A stretch of DNA of 64,000 nt from Burkholderiales bacterium (lineage in GTDB: Bacteria > Pseudomonadota > Gammaproteobacteria > Burkholderiales > SG8-39). Below are positions 1-10,051 of this stretch, in pieces; position 1 is the stretch's first letter; the number at the start of each line of letters is the position of its first letter. A program made the translations under genes and the position numbers. Below the pieces are notes generated by a model that worked only from the letters and a program-made list of their open reading frames with translations, did not search any database and was not told the origin of the DNA. Where the stretch lies: contig JAVQZY010000020.1 of the NCBI GenBank assembly GCA_033582675.1, forward strand, positions 286,615 through 350,614, written 5' to 3'.

Positions 1-1230
1 CCGGCAAGCGCCGCCTCGATCGCGGGGCGCGTCGCGGCCGATCAAGAGCACCGCGCGCGCGTGTGCGCGCGCTGCCGCGCGCGAGCGGCGCAAAGTCCTG
101 CCCCTTGCCCTCGCCGCCGGCGATCAGCACCGCCGGCCGCCCGAGACCCGCGAGCGCGGCGACCGCCGCGCCGACGTTCGTGCCCTTGGAATCGTCCACC
201 GACAGGCACGCCCCCACGCTCGGCGACCGGGGTCGCCCGGTGGGGCAAGCCCGCGGAAGGAGCCGAGGCCCGCCGCGAGCGCCGCAAGCGGCACTCCTGC
301 CGCGTGGACGAGCGCGCAGGCGGCGAGGGCGTTCGCGACGTTGTGCCGGCCGGCGAGCGGAAGCGCGCCCGCGTCGAAAAACCGCTCGATCCCGCGCGCG
401 AGCCACTCGCGGCCGTCTTGCGTCGCGAGCCCGAAATCCTCCGGCCGCGGCGGCGCATCCAGACCGAAGGTCACCTGCGCGCAGCCGGCGCGCGCCATCG
501 CCATCGAGGCGGGGTCCGAGCGGTTGAGCACCTGCACGCGGCAGCCGGCGAAGATGCGCGCTTTTGCGGCGGCGTACTCGGCGAGATCGGCGTAGCGGTC
601 AAGGTGGTCCTCGGAAAGGTTGAGCATCGCCGCCGCCTCCGGCGCGAGCGACCAGGTCGTCTCCAGCTGAAAGCTCGAGAGCTCGAGCACCCAGACCGCG
701 GGCGGCCGGTCGCGCCTGGCGCGCGAGCGCCGTCGAGCGCCGCCGGGCCGATGTTTCCAGCGACCTCGCAGTCGATGCCGGCCGCGCGAAGCAGGTGCCC
801 GGTGAGCGCGGTGACGGTGCTCTTTCCGTTCGTTCCGGTCACCGCGAGCACCCGCGCGGCGCCGCGGCCGCGCACCGCCCAGGCGAACAGTTCCGATGTC
901 GCCCACCACCGGAATGCCGCGCGCGATCGCTTCCAGCACGAGCGGCTCGGCGAGCGAAAGCCCCGGGCTCTTGCAGACGAGGTCCACGCCATCGAGGAGC
1001 GAGGCATCGAGCGGGCCGGCGGCGAGCTCGCCCGCATCGAGGTCGCGCGCGCGCGGGGGCGCTGCGCGCGTGTCGGCCACCCGCACGCGCGCGCCCTCGG
1101 CCGCCGCCCAGCGCGCGACCGACAGGCCGGTGTCGCCGAGTCCGAGGACGAGCACGCGCCGCCCGGCGAGCGGCACCGGCTGCGGCGCAGGGAGCACGGC
1201 GAAAAGCGGTTCGCGCATCTTCGCGGTCAT
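1..1230 (-). pseudogene. murD: MurD (UDP-N-acetylmuramoyl-L-alanine--D-glutamate ligase). The 3' end runs off the window start, and the frame is broken at least 5 times as sequenced.
   Basis: ATG at 1228-1230 opens [22 protein letters not shown] in ORF 124..1335. The TGTNGKST P-loop continues in the ORF 471..1037 frame and GLPHR in the ORF 42..458 frame. [11 protein letters not shown] and GGEGKGQDF appear only in a further frame near 60-200. The gene follows mraY in dcw order. Confidence 0.85.
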
Positions 1231-1384
1231 CGCAGCTTCAGGGTCGAGAGGCCGGAGAGCACCAGCCTCATCGTGATGATCCAGAACCGCGCAGAAGGGA
1301 TTGGTCTCGGCGTCACGTTGGCGCCTGCGGCGCAAACGTGAGCCTCGCCCATCCCGTCCGTCGTGCGGTTCGCAAGCGCCCGTC
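1227..1384 (-). repeat. Diverged ~158-bp duplicate of the mraY-murD junction, inserted between the mraY stop and the murD start.
   Basis: 1227-1290 and 1385-1448 are 59/64 identical by hand alignment. They encode [20 protein letters not shown] and [20 protein letters not shown]. The spacer after the 1385 stop keeps murD-like strings (gcgaaccgc, tgcgccgcag) in murD order. Confidence 0.7.
1314..1340. other. Stable hairpin inside the junction duplicate (12-bp stem with one mismatch, 3-nt loop).
   Basis: cacgttggcgcc-tgc-ggcgcaaacgtg; 11 of 12 positions pair. Confidence 0.6.
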
Positions 1385-2478
1385 TCATCGCAGCTTGAGG
1401 GTCGAGAGCCCGAACAGCACCAGCATCATCGTGATGATCCAGAACCGCACGACGACCTGGGATTCCTTCCAGCCCTTCGAGCTCGTAGTGGTGGTGAAGC
1501 GGCGCCATGCGAAAGATCCGCTTGCCGCCGCTCAGCTTGTAGTAGATCACCTGGATCATCACCGACAGGGTCTCGGCGACGAAGACGCCGCCCATGATGA
1601 AGAGCACGATCTCCTGGCGCACGATCACCGCGATCGTGCCGAGCGCCGCCCCGAGCGCGAGCGCCCCGACGTCGCCCATGAACACCTCGGCGGGGTACGC
1701 GTTGAACCACAGAAAGCCGAGCCCGGCGCCGACCATCGCGCCGCAGACGACCGCGAGTTCGCCGGCGCCCGCGATGTAGGGCAGGCCGAGGTACTTGGAG
1801 AACACCGCGTGCCCGGCCACGTACGCGAAGATGCCGAGCGCGCCGGCGACGAGCACGGTCGGCATGATCGCGAGGCCATCCAGCCCGTCGGTGAGGTTGA
1901 CCGCGTTCGAGGTGCCGACGATCACGAAGTAGGTGAGCAGGATGAAGCCGACGGTGCCGAGCGGGTAGGCGACGAACTTGAAGAACGGCACGATCAGTTC
2001 GTTGAGCGCCGGAATGCTCTCGGCGACGTACGCGAGGTAGCCGGCGGCGGCGAGGCCCGCGACCGACTGCCAGAAGAATTTCGCCTTCGCCGACAGCCCC
2101 TTCGGGTTGCCCTGCACCACCTTGCGGTAGTCGTCGACCCAGCCGATCGCGCCGAAGGCGACGGTGACGAGCAGCACCACCCACACGAAGCGGTTGCCGA
2201 GGTCGCCCCAGGCGAGCACGGTGATCGCGATCGCGACGAGAATCAGCGCCCCGCCCATCGTCGGTGTGCCCGCCTTGCCGAGGTGCGACGCCGGGCCGTC
2301 GTCGCGCACCGCCTGGCCGATGCGGTAGGCGGTGAGCTTGCGGATGACGAACGGGCCGAGGACGAAGCGAGATCGCGAGCGCCGTCAGGCAGGCGAGCAC
2401 CGCGCGCAGCGTGATGTACTGAAACACGTTGAAGGCGCGTACGTCCTTCGCGAGCCATTGCGCGAGTTCGAGCAGCAT
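1385..2478 (-). pseudogene. mraY: MraY (phospho-N-acetylmuramoyl-pentapeptide transferase), with two frame disruptions near 2352 and 1478.
   Basis: MLLELAQWLAKDVRAFNVFQYITLRAVLA N-terminus, with ATG 2476-2478 overlapping the murF stop. The body lies in ORF 1227..2309 ([30 protein letters not shown]). The tail [28 protein letters not shown] appears only after a shift. Length 1094 nt is not divisible by 3. Confidence 0.9.
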
Positions 2479-3840
2479 CAGTGCGCCCCCTCGGTCGCCG
2501 GCTCGCCGGCAAGGAGCGCGACCACCCGCTCCATGCGCATGAAGCGCGAGCCCTTGACGAGCACCGCGGCGGCGCCCTCGGCCGAGCGCGCGAGCGCCTC
2601 GAGGTCCTCGAAATGCGCGCCGCCCGCGCCGAAGGCTTCGACCGCAGCGCGCGAGGCGGTGCCGAGCGCGGCAAGCCGCGCGATCCCGCGCCGCTTCGCG
2701 TACGCGCCCACCTCGCGATGGAACGCGGGCGCGAATTCGCCCGTCTCGCCCATGTCGCCGAGCACGAGCAGCTGCGGAGAGGGCAAGGCCGCGAGCACGT
2801 CGATCGCCGCGCGCACCGAGTCGGGGTTCGCGTTGTAGCTGTCGTCGACGAGGATCGCCCCCGAGGCGAGGCGCCGGATCGCGAGCCGGCCCGGCGCCGG
2901 TCGGAACGCGGCGAGCCCGGCGGCGATCGCCGCCGGCGCGACGCCGGCGGCGAACGCGCAGGCGGCGGCGGCGAGCGCGTTCCGCACGTTGTGCAGGCCC
3001 GGGATCGCGAGCGTCGCGCGCGCTTCGCCCGCGGGTGTGCGAAGCGCGATCTCGCTCGCGAGCGCCCCGAGCGAGAATTCGGCGCGCACCTCCGCCGGCG
3101 CCGCAAGGCCGAAGCGCACGATGCGGCGTCCGGCGGCGGCGGCGAAAGACCGCCGCGTGCGCGTCGTCGGCGTTCACCACCGCGATCCCGTCGGGCGCGA
3201 GCGCCGCGTACACCGCCGCGTTCTCGCGCGCGCAGGCCCCGACCGACTTCATGAATTCCATGTGCTCGCGCTGCGCGTTGGTGACGAGCGCGACCGCGGG
3301 CGCGACGATCGCCGCAAGCGGCGCGACCTCGCCCGGGTGGTTCATACCGATCTCGATCGCGCCGTAGCGGTGTTCCGGACGCAGGCGCAGCAGCGTGAGC
3401 GCGACGCCGATGTCGGTGTTGAGGTTGCCCGCGGTCGCGAGCACGGCGGCCTCGCCCGCGTGTGCGCGCAGGATCGCGGCGAGCATCTCCTTGGTGGTCG
3501 TCTTGCCGTTCGAGCCGGCGATCGCGACGAGCGTCGGCGAAAAGCGCCGGCGCCAGTGCGCCGCGAGCCGCCCGAGCGCTGCGCGGGTGTCCTCGACGAC
3601 GAGGCGCGGAAGCGGCGCCGGGCCGGCGGCGGCGAGCGCACACTCGTCGACCATCGCGGCCGCGGCGCCGCGCGCCGCGGCCGCGGCGACGAACGCGTGC
3701 CCGTCGTGACGCTCGCCGCGGATCGCGACGAAAAGCTCGCCTGCGCGCACCGTGCGGCTGTCGGTCGAGACCCCGGCAAAGCGCGCCGCGCCCTCGGCGC
3801 GCGCGCCGATCGCGCGGGCGGCTTCGGCGAGATCCATCAT
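2478..3840 (-). pseudogene. murF: MurF (UDP-MurNAc-tripeptide--D-Ala-D-Ala ligase), with one frame disruption near 3120-3135.
   Basis: The N-terminal part MMDLAEAARAIG..IAGSNGKTTTKEM lies in the ORF 1426..5010 frame. The C-terminal 213 aa lie in ORF 2478..3119 (DDSYNANPDS). ATGA overlap with the murE stop at 3837-3840. Length 1363 nt is not divisible by 3. Confidence 0.9.
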
Positions 3841-5306
3841 CGTTCGCCCCGCGCAGCGAGCGCGGCCTCGGCCTCGGCGACGTCGGAAAACGGCAGGCGG
3901 CGGCCGGCGATCTCCTGCGTGCGCTCGTGGCCTTTTCCCGCGATCAGCACCACGTCGGCCGCGGCTGCCTCGGCGATCGCGCGCCGGATCGCGCGAGCGC
4001 GGTCGGGCTCGACCTCGTGCGCGCGCTCGATGCCGCGCGCGATCGCCGCGATGATCGCGCGCGGATCCTCGCCGCGCGGGTTGTCCGAGGTGAGCACGAT
4101 CCGGTCGGCGTGGCGCGCGGCGGCTGCGCCCATCGCCGGGCGCTTGGCGGGGTCGCGCTCGCCGCCGGCGCCGAAGACCGCGACGAGCCGTCCGCCGCGC
4201 GCCTGCGCGAGCGGCCGAAGCGCCGCAAGGACCTTGTCGAGCGCATCGGGGGTGTGCGCGTAGTCGACGAAGACGAGCGGCCCGGCGCCGGCGCCGACGC
4301 GCTCGAGCCGCCCGGGCACCGACGGCAGCCGCTCGATGAGCCGCACCGCGTCGGCGAACGGCAGCCCGCGCGCAAGAAGGCATCCGAGCACGCCGAGGGC
4401 GTTCGCGACGTTGTGGCGTCCGAGGTGCGCGAACGCGACGCGCGCATCCCCCCAACTCGACTCGATAGCGAACGCCGCCTCGCCCGCCGGCGCGCCGAGG
4501 ATCCACTCGCGCACCGAGCCGGGCACGAGTGCGCCCCGCTCGAGCGCATAGCCGATCGTACGCACGCCGCGCGCGCCGAGTCGCGCCGCGAGCTCCACTC
4601 CGAACGCGTCGTCGAGGTTGAGCACCGCGCAGGCGAGCCCCGGCGTTTCGAACAGGCGCGCCTTCGCCTGTGCGTAGGCGCGCAGGCTGCCGTGGTAGTC
4701 GAGGTGATCGTGCGTGAGGTTGGTGAACAGCGCGCAGGCGAAGCGAACGCCGTTCACCCGTCCCTGATCGAGCGCGTGCGAGGAAACCTCCATCGCCACC
4801 GCGCGCGCGCCCGCGCGCCGCAGTTGCGCAAGCAGCGCGTGGACTTCGAGCGCATCGGGCGTCGTGTGCGCAAGCGGCGCGAGCGACCCCGGAAATCCCG
4901 CCCCGAGGGTGCCGATCACGCCCGCCCGCTCGCCCGCCGCCGCGAGCGCCGCCGCAAGCCACTGCGAGCAGGTCGTCTTGCCGTTCGTGCCGGTCACACC
5001 GCACACCCACAGCGCCTCCGACGGCCGGCCGTAGAACGCGTGCGCGAGATCGCCGGCGCGCTCGCGCAGCCCCCGCACCGGTGCGTTCGGCACGCGCCAG
5101 GCCGGGTCCCAGGCGAAGCCCTCGGGTTCCCAGAGCACCGCGGCGCAGCCGCGGCCGATCGCCTCCGGAATGTAGCGGCGGCCGTCGGTGCGCGTTCCGG
5201 GCCAGGCGAAAAACGCCGCACCGGGCCCGGCCGCACGGCTGTCGGCGACCAGCCGTTCGATCACCGCCCCCTCGCGCGCAAGCCGTGCAAGCACGTCCTC
5301 GGCCAT
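3837..5306 (-). CDS. murE: MurE (UDP-MurNAc-L-Ala-D-Glu--2,6-diaminopimelate ligase).
   Basis: MAEDVLARLAREG.. starts at residue 168 of ORF 3837..5807. It carries VTGTNGKTT, DNPR and a continuous 489-aa frame, in dcw order. Confidence 0.92.
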   Translation of the reverse strand: MAEDVLARLAREGAVIERLVADSRAAGPGAAFFAWPGTRTDGRRYIPEAIGRGCAAVLWEPEGFAWDPAWRVPNAPVRGLRERAGDLAHAFYGRPSEALWVCGVTGTNGKTTCSQWLAAALAAAGERAGVIGTLGAGFPGSLAPLAHTTPDALEVHALLAQLRRAGARAVAMEVSSHALDQGRVNGVRFACALFTNLTHDHLDYHGSLRAYAQAKARLFETPGLACAVLNLDDAFGVELAARLGARGVRTIGYALERGALVPGSVREWILGAPAGEAAFAIESSWGDARVAFAHLGRHNVANALGVLGCLLARGLPFADAVRLIERLPSVPGRLERVGAGAGPLVFVDYAHTPDALDKVLAALRPLAQARGGRLVAVFGAGGERDPAKRPAMGAAAARHADRIVLTSDNPRGEDPRAIIAAIARGIERAHEVEPDRARAIRRAIAEAAAADVVLIAGKGHERTQEIAGRRLPFSDVAEAEAALAARGER

Positions 5307-5331
5307 GCGTCCACCAGGCCGCGTTCGGCCA

Positions 5332-7059
5332 TCAGGTGCTCTCCTTCGCGTCCTCGCCCTCGCCCGGTAGCCCGATCGGCACGAGCGGCGCGTCGTAGGG
5401 CACACCGAGCAGCCGCAGCGCGCCTTCGGTGACCTGCGCGAACACCGGCGCCGCGACCTGACCGCCGTAGTACTGGCCGGCCGAGGGCTCGTCGAGCATG
5501 ACCGCGACGACGAGCCGCGGTTCCGACACCGGCGCGAATCCGACGAACGAGGCGATGTAGCGGTTCGTCGCGTAGCCGCCGTTTTCCTGCTTGCGCGAGG
5601 TGCCGGTCTTGCCCGCGACGCGCCAGCCCATGACGCGCGCGCGGGGGGCGGTGCCGCCCGGCTGCACCGCCGCCTCGAGCATCGCGCGCACCGTGCGCGC
5701 GACCTCGGGCGAGAGCACCTGGCGGCCGGCCGCGGGCATGCCGGTGCGCACGAGCGTGAGCGGCACGAGCTCGCCGTCGCGCGCGAACACGGTGTAGGCG
5801 CGCGCAAGCTGCGCGAGGCTCACCGCGATGCCGTGGCCGTAGGCCATCGTCGCCTGCTCGACCGGCCGCCAGTTCGCCGCCGGCCGCAGCTTTCCGGCCG
5901 CCTCACCGGGGAAACCGAGCTCGGGCGGTGCACCGAAGCCGAGGCGCGCGAAAAACGCGTGCATCTCCTCGCGCGGCAGGGCAAGCGCGATCTTCGCCGC
6001 GCCGACGTTCGAGGACTTGCGGATCACGTCGGCGACGCTCATCGCGGCGACCGGATGCACGTCGCGGATCGTGTACTTGCCGAGCGTGAGCGATCCGGGC
6101 GCGGTGACGATACGGGTCTCTGCGCCGACGCGGCCGAGCGCGAGCGCGAGGGCGACGGTGAAGGGTTTCAGCGTCGAGCCGGGCTCGAACATGTCGGTGA
6201 CGACGCGGTTGCGGATCTGCGCACCCGACAGGCGTGCACGGTTGTTCGGGTTGTAGGACGGCAGGTTCGCGAGCGCGAGCACTTCGCCGGTACGAACGTC
6301 CACCACCACGATCGCGCCGGCTTTTGCGCGGTGTGTCTCGACCGCGCTCTTGAGCGCCGCAAACGCGAGGCTCTGGATCTTCGCGTCGAGCGCGAGCGCG
6401 AGGTCGCGCCCGTCGCGCGCGGCGCGGATCGACGCGATGTCCTCGACGACGCGCCCGAGGCGGTCGCGGATCACGCGCCGGCTTCCGGGCACGCCCGCGA
6501 GCAGCGCCTCGTAGGCGAGCTCGATCCCCTCCTGTCCCTTGTCGTCCACGCCGGTGAAGCCGACGACGTGCGCGGCGGTCTCGCCCGCCGGGTAGTAGCG
6601 CCGGTACTCGCGGTGCTGATAGACGCCGGGGATGCCGAGCGCGGCGACCTGCTCGGCGAGTTCCGGCGGGATCTGCCGCTTGAGGTAGACGAAGTCGCGG
6701 CCGGCGTCGGCGAGCCGTCGCTCGAGCTCGGCCGGCGCGAGCGAAAGCAGCCCGGCGAGCGCCTTCAGCTGCGCCGCGCTCGCCTTCACGTCCTCCGGGA
6801 TCGCCCACACCGACTGCACCGGCGTGGACACCGCGAGCACCTCGCCGTTTCGGTCGAGGATGCGGCCGCGCGTCGCCGGCACCTCGAGCACGCGCGCATG
6901 CCGCGCCTCGCCTTTGCGGCGCAGGAAGTCGCTTTCGACCCATTGCAGCCAGACCGAGCGCGCCGCGAGCACCGCGAAACCGGCAAGGAGCAGCCCGAGC
7001 ACGGCAAAGGCGCGCCAGGACGCAAAGCGCGGCGGAAGGATCGCGCCGGCGGCGGTCAC
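5332..7059 (-). CDS. ftsI: FtsI / PBP3 peptidoglycan D,D-transpeptidase.
   Basis: GTG at 7057-7059 overlaps the ftsL stop (GTGA). It has an N-terminal TM segment (FAVLGLLLAGFAVLAA), the motifs STLKP, SSN and KTGT, and lies between ftsL and murE. Confidence 0.9.
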   Translation of the reverse strand: MTAAGAILPPRFASWRAFAVLGLLLAGFAVLAARSVWLQWVESDFLRRKGEARHARVLEVPATRGRILDRNGEVLAVSTPVQSVWAIPEDVKASAAQLKALAGLLSLAPAELERRLADAGRDFVYLKRQIPPELAEQVAALGIPGVYQHREYRRYYPAGETAAHVVGFTGVDDKGQEGIELAYEALLAGVPGSRRVIRDRLGRVVEDIASIRAARDGRDLALALDAKIQSLAFAALKSAVETHRAKAGAIVVVDVRTGEVLALANLPSYNPNNRARLSGAQIRNRVVTDMFEPGSTLKPFTVALALALGRVGAETRIVTAPGSLTLGKYTIRDVHPVAAMSVADVIRKSSNVGAAKIALALPREEMHAFFARLGFGAPPELGFPGEAAGKLRPAANWRPVEQATMAYGHGIAVSLAQLARAYTVFARDGELVPLTLVRTGMPAAGRQVLSPEVARTVRAMLEAAVQPGGTAPRARVMGWRVAGKTGTSRKQENGGYATNRYIASFVGFAPVSEPRLVVAVMLDEPSAGQYYGGQVAAPVFAQVTEGALRLLGVPYDAPLVPIGLPGEGEDAKEST

Positions 7060-7340
7060 GGCGCCTCCTGCGGGTCGGCGGCGCCCGCCACCTCGCGCAC
7101 GCGACGCGCATCCGGCGCCGCAAGCCCGAGCATCGCGCCTGCGAGGCGCGCAACGCGCGCATGCTGCCCCCACGTACTCGCCTCGAGTTGCAGCCGCCCG
7201 TACTCGACCTCGAGTTCGCGCGCGCGCTGCTGCTCGACCTCGAGTTCGGCGAACAGCTTGCGCGCCCGGTGCTGCGAGGTGACCAGCCCGAGCGCGCAGG
7301 CGACGAGCACCGCAAGCAGCACAAGATTCAGCTTTGCCAC
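7056..7340 (-). CDS. ftsL: Cell division protein FtsL.
   Basis: 94 aa with an N-terminal TM segment ([17 protein letters not shown]) followed by a coiled coil. It lies between rsmH and ftsI. Confidence 0.85.
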   Translation of the reverse strand: MAKLNLVLLAVLVACALGLVTSQHRARKLFAELEVEQQRARELEVEYGRLQLEASTWGQHARVARLAGAMLGLAAPDARRVREVAGAADPQEAP

Positions 7341-8311
7341 GCTCGGCGTCCGATGTCTTCGAGGCGCGCGCGATCGAGCGGTGCGTCGGTGCGCTCGGCC
7401 GCGCGCAGACGCGCGCTGCGCGCGCGCGGATTCGCGGCGACTTCGGCCGCCGACGGACGGCGCGCGCGACCGAGGAGTCTCACCGCCGGTTGTGGCATTT
7501 CGCGGGCGGTGAGCGGCAGATCCCGGGGCAGCGCAGTCGCCGCAGCCGCCGCGAGCACGCGCTTCACGATCCGGTCCTCGAGCGAGTGAAAGCTGATCAC
7601 CGCCAGCCGCCCGCCCGGGGCGAGCCGCGCGAGCGCCGCCGGCAGCATCATCGCGACCTCCTCAAGCTCCCGATTGACGAGAATCCGTAGAGCTTGAAAG
7701 GTGCGCGTCGCCGGATCCTTGCCGGCCTTCCGTGCGCCGACCGCGCGAGCCACGATCGCGGCAAGTTGCCCGGTACGCTCGATGGGCGCTCGCGCGCGAG
7801 CAGCCACAATCGCCTTTGCAATCTGTTCAGCAAACCGTTCTTCGCCATAGCGGGCGATCGCCTCCCGGATCTGTCGTTGCGACGCCTCGGCGAGCCACTG
7901 GGCCGCGGTCGGTCCTTCGTCCGGATCCATCCGCATGTCGAGCGGCCCGTCGGCGCGGAACGAGAATCCCCGCGCCGGGTCCTCCAGCTGCGGCGAGGAG
8001 ACGCCGAGGTCGGCGAGCACCCCGTGCACCCGCTCGACGCCCGACGCATCGAGAACGCGCTCGAGCGCGCTGAAGCGGGCCCGATGGATCGAGAAGCGCG
8101 CATCCTCGAGCGCGCGCGCCGCCGCGACCGCCGCCGGATCCCGATCGAGGGCGATCAGCCTGCCTGCCGGCCCGAGGCGCGCGAGGATCTCCCTGCTGTG
8201 GCCGCCGCGCCCGAAGGTGAGGTCGAGGTAGACGCCGGCCGGATCGATCGCGAGCGCCTCGATCGCCTCGGCGAGGAGCACCGGTCGGTGCGCGGGCGCG
8301 TCCTGCGGCAT
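7328..8311 (-). CDS. rsmH: 16S rRNA (cytosine1402-N4)-methyltransferase RsmH/MraW.
   Basis: [33 protein letters not shown] motifs. Second gene of the dcw cluster. Confidence 0.93.
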   Translation of the reverse strand: MPQDAPAHRPVLLAEAIEALAIDPAGVYLDLTFGRGGHSREILARLGPAGRLIALDRDPAAVAAARALEDARFSIHRARFSALERVLDASGVERVHGVLADLGVSSPQLEDPARGFSFRADGPLDMRMDPDEGPTAAQWLAEASQRQIREAIARYGEERFAEQIAKAIVAARARAPIERTGQLAAIVARAVGARKAGKDPATRTFQALRILVNRELEEVAMMLPAALARLAPGGRLAVISFHSLEDRIVKRVLAAAAATALPRDLPLTAREMPQPAVRLLGRARRPSAAEVAANPRARSARLRAAERTDAPLDRARLEDIGRRAWQS

Positions 8312-8326
8312 CGGCCGTTTCCGCGC

Positions 8327-8779
8327 TCACAGCGAGAAGTCCTCCATGCCCTGGGGGGGCGCGCCGTTGCCGGTGAGGTTGGCCGCGGCGAGCTTCGCGC
8401 TCCAGACGCCCGGATCCCAGAGTTCGAGGTAGTGGCCCTGGCCGACGAGCATCGCCTCGCGCGCAAGCTTCGCGTGAAGGCGCAGCCCCGGAGAAACGAG
8501 CACGCGTGCGGCGCTGTCGGGCACGACGTGCTCTTCGAAACCGAGCAGCAACCGCTTCCACCAGCTCGCTTGCGCGTGAAAGCTCGGAAATTTCTCGACC
8601 TGCGCGCGCACGCTCTCCCAAGCGTGCTCCGGGTAAATCAGCAGACAGCCTTCCGGGTGCGCGGTGAGAACGAGCGCGCGCCCGTTCTCGAAAAGCGCGT
8701 CGCGATGACGTGTCGGGATCGCAAAACGCCCCTTGGCATCGAGGGTGACCAGTGCCGCGCCGTGAAGCGAACTGCCCAT
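8327..8779 (-). CDS. mraZ: Transcriptional regulator MraZ.
   Basis: 150 aa with LDAKGRFAIP and a second SpoVT/AbrB-like half. First gene of the dcw cluster. Confidence 0.93.
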   Translation of the reverse strand: MGSSLHGAALVTLDAKGRFAIPTRHRDALFENGRALVLTAHPEGCLLIYPEHAWESVRAQVEKFPSFHAQASWWKRLLLGFEEHVVPDSAARVLVSPGLRLHAKLAREAMLVGQGHYLELWDPGVWSAKLAAANLTGNGAPPQGMEDFSL

Positions 8780-8836
8780 CCAACTTGCCCCCGGTAGAGT
8801 GGCTCCGGGGCAGATCGCATCTTCCTCCCCCGTAAT

Positions 8837-8861
8837 GCCACTTTTTTCTACGTTTTCCCAC
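8837..8861 (-). promoter_or_regulatory. Three direct pentamer repeats at 10-bp spacing; candidate MraZ operator.
   Basis: The minus strand reads GTGGGaaaacGTAGAaaaaaGTGGC, 58-82 nt upstream of the mraZ ATG. It resembles the spaced TGGG-type repeats bound by MraZ in E. coli. Confidence 0.5.
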
Positions 8862-8888
8862 TTTATTTGAGGCTGTTCACAAGGTCAA
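8860..8888 (-). promoter_or_regulatory. Sigma70-like dcw promoter (Pmra candidate).
   Basis: On the minus strand, TTGACC (8883-8888), a 17-nt spacer, then TAAAGT (8860-8865). It sits in the only AT-rich stretch upstream of mraZ. Confidence 0.5.
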
Positions 8889-9109
8889 GCGGGATTTTCT
8901 GGTTTTCCTAGGAGCGACAACGACTTAGCAAATCATGGGGAAGACGTTCCGAGATCGCAGAACAACGCTATTAATCAATGCCTTATCGTCCAGATTGAAT
9001 GTGCCGTGTGAAATGAACCGGCTTTTACGTCCTCGGCGAGCATCCGCTCGCGGCATCGACGGGCGCTTGCCGGCGGGTCTATTCACCGCACCCGCGGAGC
9101 CGCCTGCCG

Positions 9110-9960
9110 GGCGCATCGAGGAGATCGTCGAACCCCATCCGCAGCGCTCGCCGACGGGGCGACGATCTCCGTCTGAGGATTCCGCAACGTCGGTGTGCCG
9201 TCCCGGTCGATCAATGCCCTGATCGCGCAGTGCGCCAAAGACCTGACGGTGGTCGCGGACGACGCCGACAACGGCGACGTCGGCATCGCCGCGCGGCGCG
9301 TAAAAAGATCGTCTGTTCGTATCCCCGCCAGGCCAATTCGCAGCACTTCGACCAGGGGTATCGCGCTGGCGAAATCGAGCTCGAACTCGTGCCGCAGGGC
9401 ACGCTCGCGGAGCGCATCCGTATCGGGGGCACCGGGATCGGCGTGTTCTACACGCCGACCGCGTACGGCACGCGGCTTGCCGAGGGCGAGGAGACGCGCC
9501 GGTGATCGCGACTACTTCGAATCTCCAATCCGCTGCGACTACGCTTTTGTCGCCGCCGATCGTGCGACCGCTCCGGCAACTTCACCCACCGCAAGACCGG
9601 GCGCAACTTCGGACCGACTCATGGCGACGGCGTCGCGCGTCCCGGTCGCGAAGGCGCTCAAAGCGGTGCCGCTCGGGGCGATCGACCCGGAGCACGCGGT
9701 GACGCCGCGCATGTTCGTTACGCGCGTCCTGCGGGTCGAAAGAAGGATCGGCGCACGAAGCCGCTCGATCGCGAGCGGATCGCCGCGCGCCCCTTGCGCG
9801 CGCCAACTTGCGCACGCCGACCTTGCGCTGATCGACGTGCGAGCGGAGGGCCTGCACGTCGTCGAAATCGTCGGCGAAGCGCTTTCTTTCCCGCAGCTTC
9901 AGCGCTTGACCGCAGCGCCGATCAAGGCCAGCCGCGAACGCTTAAAGCGGGGCGCCCGCG
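9110..9960 (+). pseudogene. Decayed 3-oxoacid CoA-transferase (subunit A, plus a subunit B remnant with an internal deletion).
   Basis: Fragments sit in three frames: [75 protein letters not shown], then the B-like termini DRERIAAR and LIDVRAEGLHVVEIVGE. There is an in-frame stop and no start codon. Boundaries are approximate. Confidence 0.6.
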
Positions 9961-10051
9961 ATCTTTCTGCGCCGACGCGCACGCCGCTCGAGTTCGGGAA
10001 AGATGCCTTCGGCCGGTGCATCGGCTAGCGCGTTCGCTCGCACCGCCGCAC

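Noticed and set aside
1426-5010. Giant 1194-aa minus-strand ORF spanning mraY, murF and murE.
   Set aside because: It is an artefact of stop-poor GC-rich DNA. It is in frame with real protein only for short pieces (the MurF N-terminal part and the MraY N-terminus). Elsewhere it is Arg/Ala/Gly-rich nonsense overlapping the true frames.
8935-9222. 95-aa plus-strand ORF in the AT-rich region upstream of mraZ.
   Set aside because: It has no motifs and poor codon character. It overlaps the dcw promoter region and the start of the CoA-transferase remnant.
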